Shown in pieces: positions 56,965 through 64,000 of a stretch of 64,000 nucleotides of DNA. The stretch lies in assembly GCF_009914755.1 (NCBI RefSeq), contig NC_060927.1; one strand, given 5' to 3'. Position 1 is the stretch's first letter. Each line of letters starts with the position of its first letter. The notes beneath the pieces are model-generated. The model was not told the DNA's origin. It did no database searches and was given only the letters and a program-made list of their open reading frames with translations. The position numbers and the translations under genes were made by a program. This stretch comes from the human T2T-CHM13v2.0 reference genome, Homo sapiens.

Positions 56965-57337
56965 TGTATTAGCCTGTTTTCACTCTACTGATAAAGACAT
57001 ACCCAAGACTGGGTAATTTATAAAGAAAAAGAGGTTTCATGGACTCACAGTTCCACATGTCTGGGAGGCCTCACAATCATGGCAGAAGAGCAAGGAAGAA
57101 CAAACGGACATCTTACATAGAGGCCAGCAAAGAGAGAATGAAAGCCAAGCGAAAAGCGTTTCCCCCTATAAAACCATCAGACCTCGTGAGTCTTATTCAC
57201 TACCACAAGACCAGTGTGGGGGAACTCACCCCCCATGATTCAATTACCTCCCACCAGGTCCCTCCCACAACATGTGGGGATTATGGGAGCTACAATTCAA
57301 GATGAGATTTGGGTAGGGACACAGAGAAACCAAATCA
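56965..57337 (-). mobile_element. THE1 (THE1C-like) solo LTR
   Basis: tgtattagcctgttttcactctactgataaagacatacccaagactggg...gatgagatttgggtagggacacag...aatca; TSD cagaa and cagag. Confidence 0.92.
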
Positions 57338-58294
57338 CAGAGCCACCAGGTGATAGTCTGCAAACTCCTTGTTTTAAAATTATTTTCTCCTTTGCCTGGC
57401 CTAGAGGTATGGAGGCTCTATTATCATAGCATCCAGATGGACATAGGAGAGCAGCCTGAATGCCAAGATGTCTGGTATCAGATAGCTCAGTTAAAGGCAA
57501 AGTATGGAAATTACTAAGAGCAGGAAAAAAAAGATACAAATATTTTCATCTGATAAGAGAAGATTACAGTGATCACAGAGTGTAGTGGTTTGGCATCAGG
57601 CTGCCAAGAGTGAAATTCCAACAAGTTTGCTTATCAGTGTCTCAGTTTCCTTGTCTGTAGGCTCCGCCTGTTAATAGTGTCTACCTACAGGGTCACTAAG
57701 TAAGGTATTTATCACAGGGTAAGTATTAAATAGGTAATAGATGTAACCCTATGAGGTATTCTATATATCTGCTGAGGTAAATTCTTGTTCCTAATAATGT
57801 TTCCTCCAACTTCCTGTGAGTTTCGGCGGTGAGAAAGTTAGAATGGAAAAGGTCTGAAATTGAGAGAAAGTTGCGAAATGAGCAATAAGATGGTGTTCGT
57901 GCCCTACGTCAAAAAGACTTGGTCAGAAACATACATCTTTGAGACAGACTTGAGAGCTCTTGTTTGGCTCTCTGACCTTCTGTGGGAAATTAAATCTCCC
58001 AAGTTGTTAAATCCAAGCCAGTCTTTTTCTCCTTTTCAGTTTTCCAAGGTCATAAACACAGAAAAGGGATTCCTGGCCCTGGTACTAGAGCTCATCTTAT
58101 AAGCCCAATGTAGTATAGTTCTAAACTAAGCATATTCTATAAGCAAAGTCCCTAGATTTGTTTCCTGGCTTCACCACTTACCATCAATTGGACCCTCGGC
58201 AAGTTATTTAACCTCACTAGGCCTCTCTTTTATCATCTGTAAAATGGGAACAATGAAATAGAGACACTGAGAAAATTCAGTGAGACAATGAATA

Positions 58295-58880
58295 TGTGAT
58301 AGGCAGAACAATGTCCCCGTCCCCCAAAAAAGTCTACGTCCTAATTCCCAGAACCTGTAAACACGTCATATTACATAGCAAAAGGGATGCTGAAAGTGAA
58401 ATTAAGGTTTCAGATCTTTAAATAGGGAGATTGTCCTGGATTATCCGGGTAGACACAATCTAACCACATGGGCTCTTAAAAGTGGAAGAAGCAGCAGAAA
58501 AGTCAGAGAAGTGGCCAGAGAGTTCCAAAGCATGAGAGGGATTCAACCCACACTTGTTGGCTCTGAGGACTGAGGAAGGTGGCCACAGGTAAGTGGGTGG
58601 CCTCTAGAAGCTAGAAACAGTACTCAGTTGACAGTCAGCAAGGAAACAGGGACTTCAGACCTGTAACAGCAAATAACTGAATTCTGCCAACAACTTGAAT
58701 TAGCAGGAGTCAGATTCTACCCTAGAGCCTCCAGAAAGGAATACAGTCCTCGTAACACCTGGATTTAATCCAACAAGACCTGTGTTGGACTTCTGACCTA
58801 CTGAACTATGAGGTAGATTTTTGTTGTGTCAAGCTCTAAGGCTGTGGTAATTTGTTATGGCAGCAAAGGAATTGTGGTAC
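58295..58880 (+). mobile_element. MLT1D-like LTR inserted in a MIR
   Basis: tgtgataggcagaacaatg...gaattctgccaacaacttgaat...gtggtaatttgttatggcagc. Confidence 0.85.
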
Positions 58881-59769
58881 GGAATGTCAAGTACTTAGAA
58901 TGTCCCCAGCACACAGAGTAAAATCTCATTCAAATCCAGCAATTTGATGATGGCAATGCTGATGAGGAAGAGGGGAATGACAATGAATTTTTAGGTTACA
59001 TCTGAAATTATGACTATTAAGCCTGCCTATAAACACAATATTAAGATTTTTAGGTCCTCTTGTGGATCCAATATCCTATTAAATGTTTTCTATTTAGTAA
59101 ATTATTTTATCTAAGCCTCAAAACTATTCTATGAAATAGGTACAATTACACCTATTTTCATGAGGAATTGGAGCTCAGAAAAGTTCATTTATCTTATGCT
59201 GAGTTTCGCTCTGAGTGATTTTGGGTTATGCAGAAGCTATCAAGGACATAAGACAATCCTAGTGGAGGGAAAAGTTCATAATGTCCCCAAAGACAAAAAT
59301 ACAGCACAATGAGTTATTCCTTCAATGAGCATACTTAGGCAACACTTTCTTTCCATCAACGCCTAAAGCGATGGTTGGAGCCCTTTGAAATCAAGTTAAA
59401 TGGGGAGAGGTGCACAGAAGCACTAGAACTTGCAATTGTTTAAGAGACAGAAAAGAATTGTGCTGTCTGAGCAAGACAATCCTAGCCATGTGCCTGCTGA
59501 GAGCCCAGAGCATGTGAGCTTTAACTAAGGAAACCAACTCCAAATCCTCAGCAGCTACGGAAATATGAAATGGATTTCAGGTGGACTGAGACAGAGTTTA
59601 GAAATGGGACCAAATGTGCAGTCTCTTTTAACCAAAGTTTAAAGGATGATTTGCTTCTTCTTTTCCCAAGCAGAATGCAATTTTAGATCACTCATTACAT
59701 CCCAAGAGAAATTCATAAAAGTATTACTCAACAGGTGAATACCACAGGAGTTTCTAGTTCAAATTTTAG

Positions 59770-59928
59770 ACCACTCCAAGTATGGTCAGGCAACCACTGC
59801 CTCAAAATTACTTGTGTTGCCTGAAAGAAATATAGCTTCCTGTCCCTCTCCCAAAAGCAAAGAAATTGCAGAAGCCCAGAATCTGCATTTGGTGATTCTC
59901 TCGCAAATTCAAGTTTGAGAAACCCTTT
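59770..59928. mobile_element. MER5A-like MITE
   Basis: ccactccaagtatggtcaggcaaccactgc...gaatctgcattt...caagtttgagaaaccct. Confidence 0.6.
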
Positions 59929-60481
59929 GTAGAGACTTACATGGGTATCCAGAGGTAAGTCAGGAGGCATCAGCAAATATTCCGTGGCAGGCTCCATGAG
60001 AAGTACTGAGATAAAAATTCTTGCCCTGGCTCCAAGATTTCACAGGCAATTGATGAACTACAATACAGGACAGACAGACATAAGTAATACATAGAGGTAG
60101 GTATAAGTAGACTGCTCTGGGCACACAGAAATAGAGCAATCAATTCTAGCCAGGGCTCTCCCTCCAGGATTTTAGGAAAAGGTATCAGTCAGACTAAACT
60201 TGACAATGAGATCAGCAGATTACGGTGTAAGATTGGGGAATAGTAAGTTGGTTCCACAAGCAGAAGGAAGGTCCAGACCAAGGTCAGCAAAGGCACAAAA
60301 GCATGTCCAGGCCTATGCTATGGTGGAAGAGAGGTCCTCAAAGACTGTGAGTAAAGACGTCAGAAAATCAGTCCAGCTGGAGGACAACAAAGGCACTGAT
60401 GGCCATAATAAAGTGGGGGACATTTTGAGTTTTTAAAGCAATGGTATGAGTTAGTCTATGGTTTCAAAATGAAATAGGCTA

Positions 60482-60933
60482 TGCATTATTTTCCTGTCAC
60501 TCCCATAAGAAATTATCACAAAATGAATGGCTTAAAACAACAAGAATGTACTGTCTCACAGATCTGGAGGCTGGAAGTCTGAAATCAAGTGTTGGTAGGG
60601 CTATATTCCACCTAAAAGCTAGAGTGAAGAATCCTTTGCCACTTCCATCTACTGGTAGCTCCAGGCCATCATTGGCTTGTGGCTCTATCACTTCTATCTC
60701 TGCCTCTGCGTTCATGTGAGTTTCTCATCTTCTCCCTGTTATCATCCTCTTTTGTCTCTTATGAGAGCATCTGTGATTGGATTAAGATCCCAACCAGATC
60801 ATTCAAAATGATCTCATATTTAGCTGCTTAATTTAATTACACCTGAATAAAACCTTTTTTCCAAATAAAAGCATATTCACAGAAGATTAGGACAAGGATA
60901 TATTTTAGAGAGGCCACAACTCAACCTACTATA
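60482..60933 (-). mobile_element. MLT1C-like solo LTR
   Basis: tgcattattttcctg...ggaggctggaagtctgaaatcaagtgttggtagggc...ccacaactcaacctactata; TSD ggcta and ggctt. Confidence 0.85.
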
Positions 60934-62804
60934 GGCTTCCATTAGGCTGTATGATAGATAGACAGAGACCAGTTTTTGAAGACAGACCTACCCTGGTTTG
61001 TAAAATCAATTCTGCTACTTATTGGGCATAGAACAAATGTGCCCAATGGTGATAATAAATATTTTGTAGGGTTGTTGTGAGGATTCGAATAATGTCTATA
61101 CCTTTCTAAGATAGTAGGTGTCTGGTGCATAATGCGGTCTCAATAAACTGTAGTAATATTAGTGACATGAAGTACTTGTGCTTTGTGAGATATGTTAAAG
61201 AGACACTGCAGTTTAGGGGGTGAGTGGACAGGGTTGAGAAATGAATGCTTTGGGTGCAGTTCTTAGCCTATGTGACCAATGGCCTATGTGACCTGAGGAA
61301 AATGACTTTGTCTGCTGGAGTTTTTTTAATCTGATATTTGTGAAAGGAAATTTGTAATATTTACTACATCAGGAGATTGCTATTAGTGTTTAAAAAAATA
61401 ATGAATGTATTTAGCTCCCACTAGAATATGAGAAAACAAAACAAAACCAAGCAATGAATGTAAAACATTTATCCCAGTGCCTATCTTAGCACATAGTAAT
61501 TGAGCTACTCAGTGATTATGAGGATGAGACAAAGGATCATGTGTATGAGAAAGTAGTCATTCACACATGGAGACCTCATGTTTAGAATGTAAACAAAGTA
61601 CTTTTGTGTGAAATAGCTCATTTAGAGCTCCTATAAACTGTTATCTTATTTTGAGGCTCTGCCTGGGGCAAGAACTCTGCCCTTCCAGATGTTCAGGGAG
61701 AGACCACCTCCCTGGATCACATTTCTTATCAAATTAAGTACTGCTGAAAATTTTCTGTTGACTTTTGGAGGGCAGAGGCCAAAAAGAAAAAATGAAGGCT
61801 CTTTGGGGAAGACCTGCATGAGGGTTCTATAACTCTTCCCATAGGCCTGAGTGAAGGCTGCTGCAGGAGGAGTTTTCTCACTCCTCACTTCCATTTCCTT
61901 CTTGCTATGATCCTCAGAAATGAATCCATTAAAAAAAAAAAAAACAGAGCTGGTCAACCAAGACCTGCTCAGTCCAGAGAAGCTACACAGAGCCCCACTG
62001 TGAGGAGAAACTAACATGATAATCTATTCTGGTGCTGAATGTTCTGTCTCTACCTCAACAAAGCAGAGGGGCTTTGCTTTAAATTTTTTTTCTAATTTTA
62101 AAACAAGACAGCAAATTAATTGTTAGTGTCCAGGCAAAGCAGATCTGCTGAGGTCAGTGAGGCAAAAAAAAAAAAAAAAAAAAAAGAGACCATGGTGAAA
62201 TCACAAGGAGAATCATACAGAACTAGGTGGAGATACTGAGGGAACCAACACACTGTTCTGAACACTTTGGGGGCTTCAGAGCATGAAGATGACCAGGTTC
62301 CAAGATATACACACAGCTTAAAAGTTTCAAGGAGACACAAATCAGAAAGGTGTATCACCACAGGAGGAGAAACAAATAAATTCAAGTATTCCCAAACTAG
62401 ACTACACCACAGAAATATTCTAAGACTAAGATCTAGTCAAATACATTGAGAGAAGAGTGATCTATTGGCATGAGTGACACAGAGTAAGGAAATAATATGG
62501 ATAGACCACATTTATTTTCAATGAAGAAAGTAACATAGCAAAGATAAAATTGAAACTAAGTTTCTAAATAATTCCTTATCTGGTCCCTTCCTTCTCATTC
62601 TGACATCACCGCCTCCTTCCTTCAACTTCTATAGTAAGTTCTAACTGGTCTCCTTATCCACCTCCACTTTTAACCCATTCTTTTCACATCTTCCATTTTA
62701 ACATTCTTCCCAGAAAACATAAATGGCCAATACATCGGAATAAAATTTCACATATGCCAATATAACAAGAGATGAAGGAAAGTTAATGGTAGAGGGAGGA
62801 ATAG

Positions 62805-64000
62805 TGTGTTTTTTAGTTCTATCAGATTCTTTTTTATACTGGCATTTTCATCTGTCAACTCCTGTATCATTTTTTTGTGATTCTTAGTTTCCTTTGATTG
62901 GATTTTGCTGTTCTCCCAAATCTTGATGATCTTCATTCCTATCTATATTCTCAATTCTATTTCTGTCATTTCAGACAACTCAGCTGGTTAAGAACCCTTG
63001 TTGGAGAACTGATGCAATCATTTAGAGGACATAGACACTTGGGTCATTTGGGTTGCCAGAGTTCTTATGTTGATTCTTTCTCATCTCTACATGTGTGTGT
63101 TCCTTTAACTGTGATATAGATTGAATATGGTCAGTAGACTTCTTTTCTGGATGTGTTCACAGGGCCAAGGCTTTGCGCAGGGTCTTTATTTGTAACTGAC
63201 ATCTTGCCTTTGGTTTCACAGTGGGCGGGTTATGTTATTGAGGTATTTTGGTATTGAAGCTTTGGAGTATGATCCAATAGGTGGCACTTAGATGTAGTGG
63301 TCAGTTAGCAGGTTCTTGCTCAGTTGCTGTGTTCTCGGTCAATGATCTGAAAGTGTGAGTTCCTCTCCCACTTAAGAGCTGGCTGTAGATCGTGGCTTGA
63401 CATTCCTGGGCTGCCCACCACCGCTGCAGGGTGATCTTCAGGTTTATATTTCCTCACCAACTTGGAGGCAGCAGAGGAAGAGGCCTTATCAATAGATGTG
63501 GCTGATGGTCTTTCACTTGTCTCCTGGGGGCTCCACCCCAGAGATATGCAGGTCAGCAATCGCTCACTGCAATCAGCCCAGGATAAGGGGTCTGTGCTGT
63601 GGGCCCAAGGCAGGGGTTCCCTGCTTGGTGATGGGTGATGGGGTGGAGTCTGTGGGAGAAGGACTGGCCTCCTCCCCATAGGTCGACTGCAGCTTGTTAG
63701 AGGTGTGAATAAGACACTTACGGTCTTTGCTCCTTCATTAGACTGAGGGTAGCAGGGATAGTACCACTACAGAGGCAGTAGCAGAGTGGCTTTCAGTTGC
63801 TCCCGGGGGATCCGCCTCTGATAAATGTGGACTCCCAGCTGTTGCCCAGAGTGTTCAGCCATTGGGGTGGGGCAGCTGCACTGTTGGTGTGAGCTTGGGG
63901 CTCCACTTGCTGGGGAGCAAAGGGCGAAGGGCTCACTGGGAAGAGAGACTAGTCTACTCTCCATATGGTGATAGTGGCATGCTGTAAGCTCAGGTGTAGC
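62805..64000 (-). mobile_element. Older primate L1 (L1PA13-16/L1PB-like) 5' UTR and ORF1 N-terminus, running off the window edge
   Basis: ORF 62748-62936 (MKIIKIWENSKIQSKETKNHKKMIQEL) is ORF1p coiled-coil-like; GC-richer 5' UTR-like sequence follows to 64000. Confidence 0.75.

Overview
Repeat-rich, AT-rich human intergenic or intronic DNA; a human-specific AluYb8/Yb9 copy sets the species. I can support no intact protein-coding gene, RNA gene or CRISPR array. The only gene-derived feature is a minus-strand processed pseudogene of PNPT1 (mitochondrial polynucleotide phosphorylase), probably PNPT1P1 (locus name from recall). Its coding remnant spans 9924-12247, and the insertion appears to reach ~8301, carrying a long 3' UTR and splitting an old L2. 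The rest is layered transposon debris: two twin-primed (5'-inverted) L1PA insertions, a full-length Hsmar2 mariner split by an L1 that itself holds a MER1, nested MaLR solo LTRs, an LTR47-like LTR inside MER33, Alus (one with a locally duplicated right arm), FAM/FLAM monomers, L2/MIR fragments and microsatellites. I found no evidence of a previously undescribed biological system; the findings are structural and evolutionary. Repeat subfamily names come from recalled consensus sequences, and boundaries of ancient repeats are approximate.
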